DNA of 39,171 nt, taken from the NCBI GenBank assembly GCA_000388065.2, contig KB932204.1. One strand, given 5' to 3'. Both the position numbers and the translations under genes were made by a program. The notes beneath the pieces were generated by a model that did not search any database, was not told the origin of the DNA, and saw only the letters and a list, made by a program, of their open reading frames with translations. Within the stretch, counting starts at the first letter, position 1. Every line of letters begins with the position of its first letter. Shown here one piece after another: positions 22,414-35,200 of the stretch. The stretch comes from Fonticula alba ATCC 38817 (taxonomy: Eukaryota > Protista > Nucleariida).

Positions 22414-23141
22414 ATGGACCAGCTCAACAACCCCATCATCACGCAGATGATCCAAAATGCCACGGAGACTTGCGTCTTCAAGTTCGGCATGAGTGGCGTG
22501 ATGGGTGCGCTCGCACTGCCCTCTCTCTGACCAATCTCCGTGCCTTCCTGCTGTCTTACCCTTCCCTCTATCGAATCTCGCCCTCCCCCCCTCCCCCCCC
22601 CCACCCCCCCACCCCTGCCCCCCCCCCCCGCCTTCCTGGCGCGTTCGGTCTGTTCATGTCCTCCACATCCCCGGTCCCAGTGGGCGTGGCTGGCGAGCCG
22701 CTCAAGTTCCGTGAGATTGCCCGCGACATGTACCGGACCTCGTCCAGCTACGCTCGCAACTTCGCCTACGTGGGCGCCATCTATGCTGGCACCGAGTGTC
22801 TAATTGCCTCATACCGTGCTGAGCATGATGTTGGGAACTCCGTTGCGGCTGGCTGCTTCACTGGCGCGTTCCTGGCGCGCAACGGTACATATCCATCATG
22901 CCGACCCGCCTGCGCGACCGCCCGCCCGCCCGCCCGTCATGTTCGCACATTTGATCATTGCCTCTCTGGGGATGATGTCCTCCAGCCATCGGCATAATCA
23001 TGACAAAGCACTGACACTTCCTTCTTCCCTCCTGCCTCAGCCGGTCCCCAGGCTATGGCTTTGGGGTGTGCAGGCTTCGCGGCCTTCTCGGCGGCCATCG
23101 ACCATGTCCTGGAGAACTACAGCTCCCCCAAGGATGAGTGA
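22414..23141 (+). CDS. TIM22: Mitochondrial inner-membrane import translocase subunit Tim22 (Tim17/22/23 family); exons 22414-22504, ~22630-22884, 23041-23141
   Basis: ETCVFKFGMSGVMG...GAFGLFMSS...[70 protein letters not shown] is the Tim22 signature, including the two conserved Cys. Intron 2 (22885-23040, GTACAT...CTCAG) is in phase. The 5' boundary of exon 2 is uncertain (see findings). Confidence 0.93.
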
Positions 23142-23933
23142 TATTTCAACCGGGTCATGCTTTGCCGCGCCCAGATCTCGCCCCATGGATGGCCTTTGTT
23201 TCCCTTTTTTTTATTCCCGCGATAGACCTTTCCTTTTTCTTCCTTTTTTTTGCCACCCAGGAGTGTGTGCTATACGTGACCGAACGTGAAGATGGCATAG
23301 GGGGGGGGCGAGGGGAGAGAGGGGCCAATTCCCGCATATGCTGCGTCTTTGCGGGGAATAGCACACCGTGCACCGGAGAGTGAGGGACCCAGATGGCATA
23401 CCCAAAAAAAAAGAGAGGGGAAGGGATGGCTGGCATGTTGTACAGACGGGCGGCGGGGGACCCCTTCCAAGATGTCTGCGACAGATGGCACACCTGGCTG
23501 CCTGAAAAAAGGCCCACGTTCCTGGCCGGCGACCGGCTGGTCCCCCCCCCCCTCCCGTCTGGACTCTGCGTGGGCGCTGATCGACCCCACCGTTGGCACT
23601 CATTTGGAAATCATGTGCCAACGCGGTCGGGGAGCTTCACAGTTTATAAGTGCCGCCCCGGCGCGGCGGCCCGGGGCTACCCGCCCTGGAGAAATCAGCT
23701 CGCCCCATCCGCGCCCTCCCCCCTTCCCCCTTTCTACCCCCTCCCTCGTACCTCCGCGCCCCTTCCCCCTCTTGCCTTTTTTTTTTTTCGTCCTCCCTCC
23801 CCCTCCCTCCTCCCTGCAGGCTCTGACTCTCGCCTGCTCCCCTTCTCCTCCTTCCCCCTCTGGCACAGCTGCTTGTGTATCTCCCCGACGACGCTAGACC
23901 GTCTTCGCACGCACCCACGCACCCACCGTCACC

Positions 23934-24898
23934 ATGTCGCACGTTAAGAAGACCATGATCCAGCCCATCGTGCGCCCCTGCCTCCTTTTCACCCTCTTCA
24001 ACAGCGGGGGGAACATCGTCTGACATACCTCCCTCCCCATCTGGCCGGCACTGTAGCACCTCACCTTCCGGTTCCTCCAGCATGTGCGTCCTGCTCTCTC
24101 TCTCTCTCTCCTGTCCTCTCCTTCCCTCCCCCCCCCCCCCCCCCCCCCCCCCCCCGTCCGACAATAGGAGTCCGAACCCACGCAGCCAACCTGGCCTTCT
24201 CCTTTGCCCTGCCCGGCCCGGGCTCCCGCCCCCCCTGGCCGGGCTGATAGCGCACTCCCCCCGCCATCCCATCTTCAAGGGTGCGTCCCGGCATGCCTCG
24301 CGCCTTTTCCTGGCCCCTCCGGGAGCATCACTCTTTCCCGGCACGACGCTCTTCCCACCCCCTCGCCAGCCTGCGTGCCAAAAACACGCGTCTTCCCAAT
24401 TGTACACAAATATCCACGTCCTCCTGACAGTCATGCCCCTCTGTCTATTTGCAGAACACTCGGCTGCAAATTTGGCTGCATGAGCGCAGCGACCAGCGTA
24501 TCGAGGGTATCCTGGTTGGCTTCGATGAGTTCATGAACCTCATCCTGGACGAAGCCGTTGAGATTCGCATCCCTCGCGGTGAGAATGGCGGCCCCGAGTC
24601 CTCTACCCCTCTCGGTGCGTCATGGCGTGTCATCTCTTCGCCCTCCTCGCCCTCCTCGCCTTTCTTTCGTATTTCTGCAATCCCTCCCCCTTGCCCCTCC
24701 CCCTCTCTCCGCCTCCTCTGCAATTCTCCCTGACGAGTTGCTTGCTTGCTGCTTGCCTTCTCCTCCCCCCCCCCCGTCCCCTCCCTCTCCCGGGCAGGTC
24801 GCATCCTCCTGAAGGGCGAGAATGTCTCCATGATTGGGCCGGCCCCCTCTGAGCTTGTCAACCAGCAGCCTCCTCCCGATGCGCCGATGGTCAACTAA
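23934..24898 (+). CDS. SNRPE: Small nuclear ribonucleoprotein SmE, 107 aa; exons 23934-23969, 24057-24083, 24455-24614, 24798-24898
   Basis: Spliced product [58 protein letters not shown]...[16 protein letters not shown]... carries SmE-specific Sm1/Sm2 motifs. Three in-phase GTGCG...AG introns; 324 nt total. Confidence 0.96.
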
Positions 24899-25313
24899 AT
24901 CCCATTGGCCCTCCTCCTCCGAGGGAAAGCAATATGCTCCTCTCGCGCCGGACTGCGCGCCCAGTCGCGCTCGCGCCCCCTCCTTCCCGAATGTCCTTGC
25001 TCATGGCCAGAGACGGACGCAGTCTGCCTCAGGCGTCATACAAATACAGAAAATCACGCATATACTCTTTGTTGCTTTTTTTCCCCCCCCTCCCCCCCCC
25101 CCTCCCGGCCTCCACTCATCTTTCCCTTCAATGCATTGTTGTTTCCCCTCGCCTCGACGAGTTGTCCTGAGAAACCGGTCCGCATGCTCGAGTGGTCGCC
25201 ATTACGCAAGGAAAGAGTAGTGAAACGCTCGGACTGATTCACCGAGGCTTGTTCTCCGATATGGAGATCACGCCTCGGAAGAAAGCATTTCGTCTCGAGA
25301 GGTACAAGAAGGC

Positions 25314-26231
25314 NNNNNNNNNNNNNNNNNNNNNNNNNNNNNNNNNNNNNNNNNNNNNNNNNNNNNNNNNNNNNNNNNNNNNNNNNNNNNNNNNNNNNNN
25401 NNNNNNNNNNNNNNNNNNNNNNNNNNNNNNNNNNNNNNNNNNNNNNNNNNNNNNNNNNNNNNNNNNNNNNNNNNNNNNNNNNNNNNNNNNNNNNNNNNNN
25501 NNNNNNNNNNNNNNNNNNNNNNNNNNNNNNNNNNNNNNNNNNNNNNNNNNNNNNNNNNNNNNNNNNNNNNNNNNNNNNNNNNNNNNNNNNNNNNNNNNNN
25601 NNNNNNNNNNNNNNNNNNNNNNNNNNNNNNNNNNNNNNNNNNNNNNNNNNNNNNNNNNNNNNNNNNNNNNNNNNNNNNNNNNNNNNNNNNNNNNNNNNNN
25701 NNNNNNNNNNNNNNNNNNNNNNNNNNNNNNNNNNNNNNNNNNNNNNNNNNNNNNNNNNNNNNNNNNNNNNNNNNNNNNNNNNNNNNNNNNNNNNNNNNNN
25801 NNNNNNNNNNNNNNNNNNNNNNNNNNNNNNNNNNNNNNNNNNNNNNNNNNNNNNNNNNNNNNNNNNNNNNNNNNNNNNNNNNNNNNNNNNNNNNNNNNNN
25901 NNNNNNNNNNNNNNNNNNNNNNNNNNNNNNNNNNNNNNNNNNNNNNNNNNNNNNNNNNNNNNNNNNNNNNNNNNNNNNNNNNNNNNNNNNNNNNNNNNNN
26001 NNNNNNNNNNNNNNNNNNNNNNNNNNNNNNNNNNNNNNNNNNNNNNNNNNNNNNNNNNNNNNNNNNNNNNNNNNNNNNNNNNNNNNNNNNNNNNNNNNNN
26101 NNNNNNNNNNNNNNNNNNNNNNNNNNNNNNNNNNNNNNNNNNNNNNNNNNNNNNNNNNNNNNNNNNNNNNNNNNNNNNNNNNNNNNNNNNNNNNNNNNNN
26201 NNNNNNNNNNNNNNNNNNNNNNNNNNNNNNN
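25314..26231. other. Assembly gap (~918 N) likely hiding the 3' exons of PEX5
   Basis: N run seen directly; the PEX5 TPR exon ends at a donor site (26317) whose intron runs into the gap. Confidence 0.97.
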
Positions 26232-26317
26232 GGGGGGGAGGCTCAGTATGTGTTGGCGAAGGAAGAGGAGCAAGAGAGAAAGAGAGACAGACAGACAGAC
26301 AGACAGAGATTACGGAC

Positions 26318-28543
26318 CTTTGTCGGAGAAAGCTCGATCGCTCGAGTGAAGTAGGTGACTGCCGAGGAGAAGTCCCCGATCAAGTGGCAAAGCGCGGCCA
26401 TGGCCTCGACAATGCTGGAATCGGCCGATGACGACCAGTGCTCCTCGAGATCGCCCATGTCCTCCGGGGTGACCAGGCGCTGGAGATATTGCTTGCTCAG
26501 ATCGGGCGACGCATCGTCCATGAGGCCGGCCACGCCGGAGATGACACGGCCCAGGTTTTGAAGGACCTCCTTCGAGGCAATAAGCCCGGGAGGAAGAGTC
26601 GGCAGGGGGGAGTCACTGGCGGCGCTGTTGTCTTTCTGCAGGTTGATGCCATAACGGGCTGTGGCCCATTTGGTGGAGGCCATGTACGCGAGGTCAAAGC
26701 TGTCGCTGTTTACATAGGAGATGATGAGAGGCAGCCCCGCGAGCGCCCAGCCGATGGGGATGCTCGACTGCTCCGGGACCGAATTGACGAGCGGCGATTG
26801 ACAAACGAAGGTGGAGGCAATTTCAAGCGCACTGCGTGACGGCTGGTCCTTCTCATTGTCGGCATGACAGATGCCGAGGCTCGTCCAGTACCAGGCCAGG
26901 CGGATGGTTGAGCTGGCTGAATGATCGTTCGTCTGCTCCATCTCCCGACGCAGCAGGGACACCGCCGCTTCGAAGGCTGCGGGTGGAAACCGAATGGCCA
27001 GATGGCCGGGGGCAGTCCAGCATTAGTCAACATGACACCCCCGAGGGAGAGGGTCAAGCAGGGGAAAATCCGCACCCAGTGTGGCATCACTGAGATTCCC
27101 CTCGCGCTTCAACTGCAAAGCTCGCTGGTAGGCCCCACGCGCAGTTTCAGCCTGATGAGCCCCCTCCTCGAGGAATGGGTTGCGTGAATCGAAGAGATAG
27201 CTGTTTGGAGGCTCGGAGAAGATGGATGTCGAGTCAAGGGTCGGTGCGGTGGGCTGCAACGACTCGAGTGGCCGCCCACCGGCAAGCGCCGCGAGTCCAT
27301 CCTGCGTCGACATGGAGGTGAGTCAGGGACAGGTGCACAGAGAGACAGAGAGAGAGAGAAAGAGGAGGGGGGGGGGCACGCGGGAAGTTGATACATCAGC
27401 ACACCATGGAGAACATTTGGCCGTAGATCTCGGGGTCGAGATCTTCCCCGAAAGCATCCCAATCGGTGACCGATTGCGAGTCGCTGTCCTCACCGAGGTG
27501 GGCATTGTTTATCATGTGGAAGGCTCCGTCGAGCTCGGCGTCGAAAACTCGGGGATCAAAATCGTCCTCGTCCATTACTGTTTGATACGGGCAGAGAGAG
27601 AGAGAGAGAGGAAGAGGGAGAAAGTTGTATCAGCAGATAATCAGTCATGGCTGGCTGCCAATCGGGAGGTAGCACGTACCCTCAGAGTCTGGCCCATGAA
27701 GGAGAGTCGTGATATCGGCGGGGTTTGCCGGGACCTCGAGGTATCGGGCCATGGCCGCCTCCTGGGCCTGGTGTGCCTGAAGCATGCGGAGATGGGTCTG
27801 GAGAAGCTCCGGGGGCACGGACGATCCGATGGCCAGTGGCAGTTGAGACGCGTGATGAGGGCCAGGAACGAGGGCGGCCAAGTGCTGGGGGGGGATCTGG
27901 TACCGAGGGTCAACGGGGCCCAGGAGCTCCGGGGCTGAACCATTCGAGACCGCTGTCAGAAGAAGCACATCACCCCTGACAGCCGAGCAAGGGAACATAC
28001 CGGTCTTCGAGGTGAGAAGCTCAGCGGGGGCCGAATGGGCTTGCGAATTGGCTTCTCCGAGGTTCAAGCGCTCCGCAAAGGACTGATGAAACTGCGTGGG
28101 AGTGTTGATCGTCTTCGAGTGTGAGCAGCAGCAGCAGGCTGAGTCGCAGGGGGTCAACTTCCCATGTACCTCGACGGCGAGATCAGCGGCAATCGGCCGA
28201 GCCGAAACGCTGGCCACTGGCCCAGATTCAAAGATGGGAGCGGCGGGGCGAGGGTCGCCTCCGATCAAAGTCGGACGGGAGACATCCTTCGACGCCGGAT
28301 GCTGTTGCTGTTGCCGGTAGAGCAACAGGCGGAAACAGGGTTAGTGGATGGGAATGGGACAGCGGCCGTAGGAGGCTGGAGTTTGGGCAGCACAGGCGAG
28401 GACAGGCAAAGAGGGAAGGAAAGAAAGAAGCAACACACTGCTTGAAGGGCCAGAAGCGAACTTTCGGCGGTCGCCGCTGCAGCACCCTGAGCGAATGACT
28501 GGTAGGCCGGGCGCGAGCTCGAACTGCACAACGGCCCGGACAT
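26318..28543 (-). CDS. PEX5: Peroxisomal targeting signal 1 receptor PEX5-like, 3' incomplete; exons 28543-28439, 28307-27680, 27577-27405, 27301-27076, 26976-26318
   Basis: N-terminal Cys6 (MSGPLCSS). YLFDSRNPFL precedes the TPR region, followed by ALQLKREGNLSDATLAFEAAV (LAFEAAV formed across the splice junction), WTSLGICHADNEKDQPSRSALE and AALCHLIGDFSSAVTYFTRAIELSP. All intron phases are consistent. The last TPRs are missing in the gap. Confidence 0.85.
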
Positions 28544-29240
28544 GATGCGCAGAGAGAAAGAAGGAAGTCGGGGGAGGGGGAAGGGGGGAGGAGGGGAGAG
28601 AGAGAGAGAGGGAGAAAGAAAGAAAGTGGAGATGGGGCGAGGAAACTCTGGGAGATTAGTGGTGAGATCTGGAAGGTAATTCCAGGTCTTTCAGCAGGTG
28701 TCCAGCTGCCGATCAGTCCCCTGCCCCCATCAGCCCCCCCCTGTCTCAGCGCACAAAAGTTGTGTCGCAGGCTTTCACAATAAGAGACGTTCGAATAACA
28801 TCATCACCTCGTGAGGGAGAGAGAGAGGCACACACACACACACACAGACACACAGACACTGAGGATGCGGGTGAAGATCGGCCAAAAATGGGGACACATC
28901 ATAGCCGACTTGCTGGCCAGGGCACGGGGGGGATGAGAAAGCAATAAAACAGGAAGTTGATTCGTATTTTCAGTCGGAATGGGAAGTGTGTGCAGGGGGG
29001 GGGGGGGGACACACAGAAGAAGTGGGACAGACAAGAGTAATGTGAAGGTGTCAGCCGCCCTCCAGGGGGGGGGGGTCACGATCCCTCCGTCCGGGGACAC
29101 AAAAGACGGAGGGAGAGGGGGAGAAGGAAGGAAGCCCCGCAAAGTCTCCAGGGGGGACAGACATGAAATCGAGGAGGACCCAAACGGGGCGTCTTTTGCG
29201 GGAAGTGTCACTGCCAACGCAAATGGCGCAGAATTTGGGC

Positions 29241-32200
29241 TCAGTGACCGGAGTGGGGAACGCCGGTGGCATGCTGCTGCCCCGGGACCAGAGCCCCCAG
29301 GGAGTGGAGGAGATTCAAAGCGGCGGGGGTCGGTCGAACTGCGGGGGCCCGGGCGCCGGCACCACCATCGGGAATCGGAGCCATGCCCACGGGAGGAACG
29401 GGTGCCGGAGGGCCGCTGCTGGGCACTGGTGTCGAGCCAATGGCTGGTAGCCGTGGCAAGGACAGATACCCGACCAACGGGGCCGAGAGAGGGGCGCCCG
29501 CTGGGGTGCTTGTGGCGGTCGCGGATGTGACAGTCGCCACCGACGCCGCCGACGCCGACGACGCCGACGCCGACGCCGCCGAGGGCGGAACCCCTCGACG
29601 AGCAACCGCCGTGGTGGATTGCCACCACGAGGGAAGCTGAGGCTCGGCGCTTCCAGCCCCCGAGTCCGAGGCAGATGCCATGCTGGTGGCCGCGGAGGAA
29701 CGCGACCGCGACCCCATCGCGGCCTCGGCTACACCGGCACCACTGCCGCCAGATGGGATGCCCGTGGCGGGAGCAACATGCCCGAGAGTGGCCATGTTGA
29801 AGTGCGCAAACTCCGTCACCAGGTCCAATTCCTGCTGAACAGCATAGCAGTAACTGACGATCGTGCTGGCGGTCTCGAGCCAGGCCGGGGCAAGATCCTC
29901 ATCACAGGCGACAAAGCAATCGGCCCCGGCCGAGGTCGACCTGTCAGCGGCTGAGGAGCACACTTGGCCGGGAGGAGGGCCCTCCTCCTGCGGCCGGAAG
30001 GCCCGGGCAAGGGACACACGCGCCGGGTCTGCGGGGCCCCGAGTGGCCATTGTCGAGGCCGAACTGGCAGCCAGGCGAGAGAAGGGGGCCCAGTCTTCCA
30101 GCAGGGGTAGAACCACCACCAAGGCCAGGGTCACAAGGCGTGCCGAGGCCAATGACGAGGCCAGGGCCAGACGCAGGGCATGGCCCGGATCATCTGGCGG
30201 CCCGTGGATCAGTAGGGCTCGAAGACAGCGCTGGCAATTGGACCGGCGAACACATGCGGTCCGCCGGTCCTGCGGGAACACCGGCAGAGGAGTATCGCCG
30301 GTGCCCTCCGACACACCGAGGCGCAGGTGGAACAGGAATTCCGGCGTAAGCAGTTGGTATGAGTGAAGACGGAAGGCGATGAAACGCGCGGCGCAGAGGG
30401 GCCTCCCGGACAGGGTTAGCGCCATGGCCCAGAGACGATCTACCGCTCGGCGAAGATCAGATGGCAGAGCACGCTCGATGGCCAGCGAGCCGATGGGCAG
30501 GAGTCCGGATTGTTCGGAAGCCCCGGCCAACAATGCGGCCGCAGAGGCCGGCTGAGTGGCCAACGGGGGCGGCCCATTCGGTGGACACAGGGGAATCGTG
30601 CGCAAGAGGGGAAAGTGCTCCGGGTGCACAGCGCACAAGCCAGCCGGCGGGGGGGGGAGTGTCGTGCCGATGCCCTCATGCATGTGGAAGAAGCCCAACA
30701 GCTCCGCATCGATCTCGGTGTCAATGAGACGCAACGATCCGAGCGCGCGGATGGGATCCCCGGCAATCACCGACGCCGAAGCCATGATGGCCAGGGAGTG
30801 GAAGTCCGCCAATCGCCGGCGGTAATGCGATCGCATCCGACGATGGTGATGCAGTGCCAGAGCCAGGGTCGACTCGTCGAGACTTGATCCCGGAGGGGCT
30901 GGCCCGCTGGGGGTGGGTGCCCCGGGGAAGGGGGCCGTCGCTCCCGAAGCTCCACCGGGGGTATGGCCAGTGGTGGAGGTGGCCGTGGGGATGCCGGCGC
31001 CGGCGGCACCGGCGCCGGTCCCTTGTGTGCGCGGGAAAGGCGGCAGAGGCGAGGCAGCGGCCCGTTGCTCGGAGGCGATGAGCAGGGACCGGGCATTGAC
31101 AGCACACTGATAGGCATATTGGGCCTGCCCAATGAAGTCGGGCTGAGGATCGGAAGGCCGATGGCCGGCTGTCGGCTCGACGCCAGAACCACCATCAATG
31201 ACCATTGGGAAGGCAAAGAATCCCGGAACCGGTGGCATTGCCGCGAGGGTGGTCGCCTCACGCCGGGCCCGAGTGATAAGGCTGTTGCGAAGGGCCTTCT
31301 CGGCACAGCGCAGCCACCCGGTGGCGGAAAGGGCCCGGTCCCAAGAGATCGCCTCCTCGAGGCTGTCATCTAGTGGCAGGATCGGAGCTGTCAGGCCGGG
31401 GATTCCCCAGGCGGCCGGGGAGGGAAGCCGACGCTCCGACATGCCGACCGGGCGATTCATCAAGCCCACGGTTCCCAAAGACCGGACCACATCGTGAAGG
31501 TCACCGGCCGGGTCAGTCCATTCCTGGGCAATGCGTCGAGTAGGGGGAGCGGCACTCGCCGAGGGGGGAGGGGTGGGATCGGTTGAATCGGTCGATTCGG
31601 CCGATTCAGTTGAATTGGGCGAGTCTCGGGTGCGACCAGCGACATCGGCCGGGGAAGCTGACGTGGACGAGGCGCTCGAGGGGACGGGCTCCGAAGGAAC
31701 GGGGGCCGATCGCGAGGCAGGCGGGCTGCCGGGAGCCGCGCGGGCCAGCTGCCGAGATGCTTGGTACTGGCGGAGGACCTGCCGAGCGTAGGAGTACCAA
31801 AATTCGGACTCACGGCCCTGGCCGCGTGCGGCGGCGACCGCACCAAAGGCCGACAGCACACGCGACTGGTCGAGAAGACCCGCCGGGCCGGTGCCAGAGC
31901 TGGCCAATGAAGAGATGGACACCGGGGTGCCTGGGGCCGGAAGGCCAACCAGGGCCCCCGCCTGGCGGAGGAGCTTGTCGAGAGTGTGATCCGCCCGGAG
32001 GAGGGATTGGACACTGTGGAGCCCAAGGCGCTCCAGGCGCGGGGGCGGGGAGACCCCGGGCGCCACGGCGGCGAAGCGCTTCAATTCCCGAGCCGCACCC
32101 CCGGCAATTGCCACCCGTGCCGCCCGGTCGGTCAGACCAAATTGGATGCGCAGAAGCAGGACAGTCAGGTCGGACTCGCCATCCGGCGCGGAAGAGGCGG

Positions 32201-35200
32201 CCGATTCGATGGATAGACGGGCTTGAGCCCGGCGCCGAGCAGCTTCGGCCGACACGAAAGAAGCCAACAAGAGCCCATTGGTCCGGAGCCCGAGCGAACC
32301 ATCGGTTATCGGGGGCGAAAGAATGGGAATCAGGTCCGAAAGGGAGGCCCCCTGTGAGAGGAAGTTCCCCACGGCACCGGCCATGGCCACGTCGATGCGA
32401 GCACGGTAGGCGGCCACGACGGCGGCCACGCCACGCCCGCCCAGCGCAAATGGCCCGACATCCAGGGCATTCTCGATGCATGAAGCCACCTCCCCAAGAA
32501 AGACATTGTCCCCGGAGAGGGAGGGCGTGATGGCCAGATGCCGACCGAGATCCGCCCCGGCCAGGGGCACCGGATGACCATCAGGCCCGGGGTCCTGGCG
32601 GACCGACAGGACATGGCACGCCGCATCGACCGCATGCGACCAGGCCTCGGCAAGATAGGACTCGACGCGTGCCAGGCGCCGGCTGGCGGCGCCGGCCCGA
32701 CCAAGACGCAGCAAGGCATCCACCCGAGTCAGCTCGGCTCGGACGATGAATCGATCGATGGTCAGGGTGGCGATGGTCGAGGGTGATGCCCCGCCACCGG
32801 GGGGAGGTGCGCCGGACGGCAGGGAAGCATTTGGGCCGTTGTCTGCGCCGGGCAGAGGCCCTGGCACGGGGACCGTGTCGATTCCCTGGGGCAGGCCATA
32901 AAACTGAAAGACCGCCGAGGTGATGGCCTCGGCAGCGGCCGACAGCCGGAGCTCCGGCGTCACGGAAAAGAAGCCGCGGAGATACTCGAAGCAGGCCCGC
33001 CACCGGCATGCCTGCCAGTGTACCACGGCCAAGTTCCAGATGATCACCCGAGACCCGGCGTGGTGGTCGTCCGTTGTGGGAAGGCCAGCTGACTGGGCTG
33101 GCAAAAGGGGCTCTGTCGGCAGGCGCGGGTAATGGCTTGGCTGTTCGGCGGCGGCTGCCGCCGCGGCTGCTGCCGCCGCGGCCGCCGCCGGCACCACATA
33201 ACACTGGTGGGGCTTGGGATTGACACAGGTGAGTGGTCCAGGTCCGGGGTTGGGGGCAGGTGCACAGGCAGTGGCCCCGGCGCCCGTGGCAGCCGCTGCC
33301 GCGGCGGCGGCTGCTGCAGCGGCCGCGGCCGCCGCCGCGGCAGCGGCCGCTGCTGCAGCCGACGAAGAGCCCCCTCGGGACCGATTGGCCCAGTATTCGC
33401 TGAGGATTTCACACAGGAGAGAGGACAGTTCGGCAGCGAAGCGACTCCTCTGGCGGTCACCCATGAAAAGCGCCAGCGAGAGGTTGTGCCGCACACGAAG
33501 CCCGGACTGCCGAGCCACGATGCCAGCGGTCCGCTGCGAGTGAATGTGTGTGATGTGGGCTGCTTGAGCCAACGAGGTGGCAGCATTGGCTACCAGTGAA
33601 GCCAGCAATGAGGGGGATGTTTCGGCACCCGGGGCGCCCCCGGGCAAGCGACCGGCTGTGGAGAGCATCGGTGCGGTGCCCAAGTCATGGGAACTGTCGG
33701 ACATGGCCGTGATGTCCCGGCCCACAAGTTGGCAGATGCGCTTTGATAACTCGGCCGGGATGGTATCCGATTGGAAGGATGGACCGGAGGCGAGGGCCGA
33801 CATGGCTGGGGACACTAGGTGGGACGGCGAGGCCAGGGATCGACTCGGAGGACAGGCATCACCGGGGAAAGGGGCATCGGTCGAGACCGGTGATGAGGGG
33901 ACAGCCCCCGGAGACGCGGGCGAAGTACTGATGGAAAAGGAGGCGGCAGTCGAGGCGGCAGTCGAGGCGGCCGCATCGGACATGAGCAACGAGTGCATGG
34001 ACATCTGCGCAAGAGACTCCTCCTCTTCCTGCGGGGCATCGAAGTGGAAGGGAATTTGGGCAGGGACGTGTCCACCGGCGTCGGTGGCGGAGGGAGGATC
34101 GGGCACCGGAGGATGTGAGGCACCGGTCACGGCAGGCCAGGTGGGAGCCGGGGTCGAGTCCGGTGAGGCTGCGGTTCGGCCCATGGGGAAGGGTCGGCGA
34201 GTGGCACGATGAGGACGGCATGATCCCACCGAGCCGGGAGTCGAGCTGCCAGAGGAGGGGGAGCCAAGTCGGCGGAAGTTGAGGGCTGAAAAGAAGCTGT
34301 CAACCGAACGTGAGCGCCGCATGATGTGAAGCTGATGATGGGGGACCCTGCGCGGGAGGGAACCCGGGGCGGGGGGATGCTCGCCGGCAGCTGCAATAGC
34401 AGCCATTCCCTGAGGTCCGGAAGGGGTGGCATTTTGTGGCAGCGGGTGGTGGCCAATGCCCGAGGTGGCATCCGGCAGTTGGGATGCCCCCTGCACTCCC
34501 TCCCCTTCCCCATGCAATGGGAGTGAAGAAGGAGCCAAAGAGGCAGACGGCATTGCCGGAGAGGAAGAGGCGAGACGGGGGTCGGCCCGTGGCCCGGCGG
34601 TCGGGTGCAGCTGGTGGAGTGGCCGGGAATGGGGGAGATCCAGGGTGGCAGGAACCGCACGGGGGGAAAGAGAGGTGCCACCGGCCTCGGGCGACCGGAT
34701 GATCCCCATCTGGTGGGATGCGCCAAGGGAAGGAAGGTGTCCATGTGACGATGACCCGGGCCCGGCACCGGGCTGCTCATGGCGGGAGGCTCGCCCTGAT
34801 CGGGACCGAGGGGGATTGGAAACTGTCCGGGCGATTGTGGCGTTAGGGAAGAGTAGCTTGCGGGAGTGGGTCTGACCGCGCGGTGGCTGGTGAAAAGGGC
34901 ATGAAAATGCGCACCCGATGGGGTGGGGGATTCAGAGGGGGAGATTTTACAGGCGATTGAGGCACGATCAAACAAGGAATCAGCCGGATCGCCCTGGAGC
35001 TGGGCTGCTGCTCCAGGCCGGGTCACATGCAGGGGCCGGTGTGCTGAAGACATCGGAGCGAAGGGGAAGAGAGGGATCGGGAGGGGGGGGGGAATGATGA
35101 GATATGTGCATGGGAGTGGACCGGCAATGGAGAAGGCCAAATGCAGAGAGGCGAAGGGGGAGGCCAAAGGGGCAACCAACTTCCGGCGCACCTTGACCGA

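Noticed and set aside
25239-25313. Short minus-strand frame after the gap as the PEX5 C-terminus
   Set aside because: No recognisable PEX5 motif, and the frame cannot be linked across the gap.
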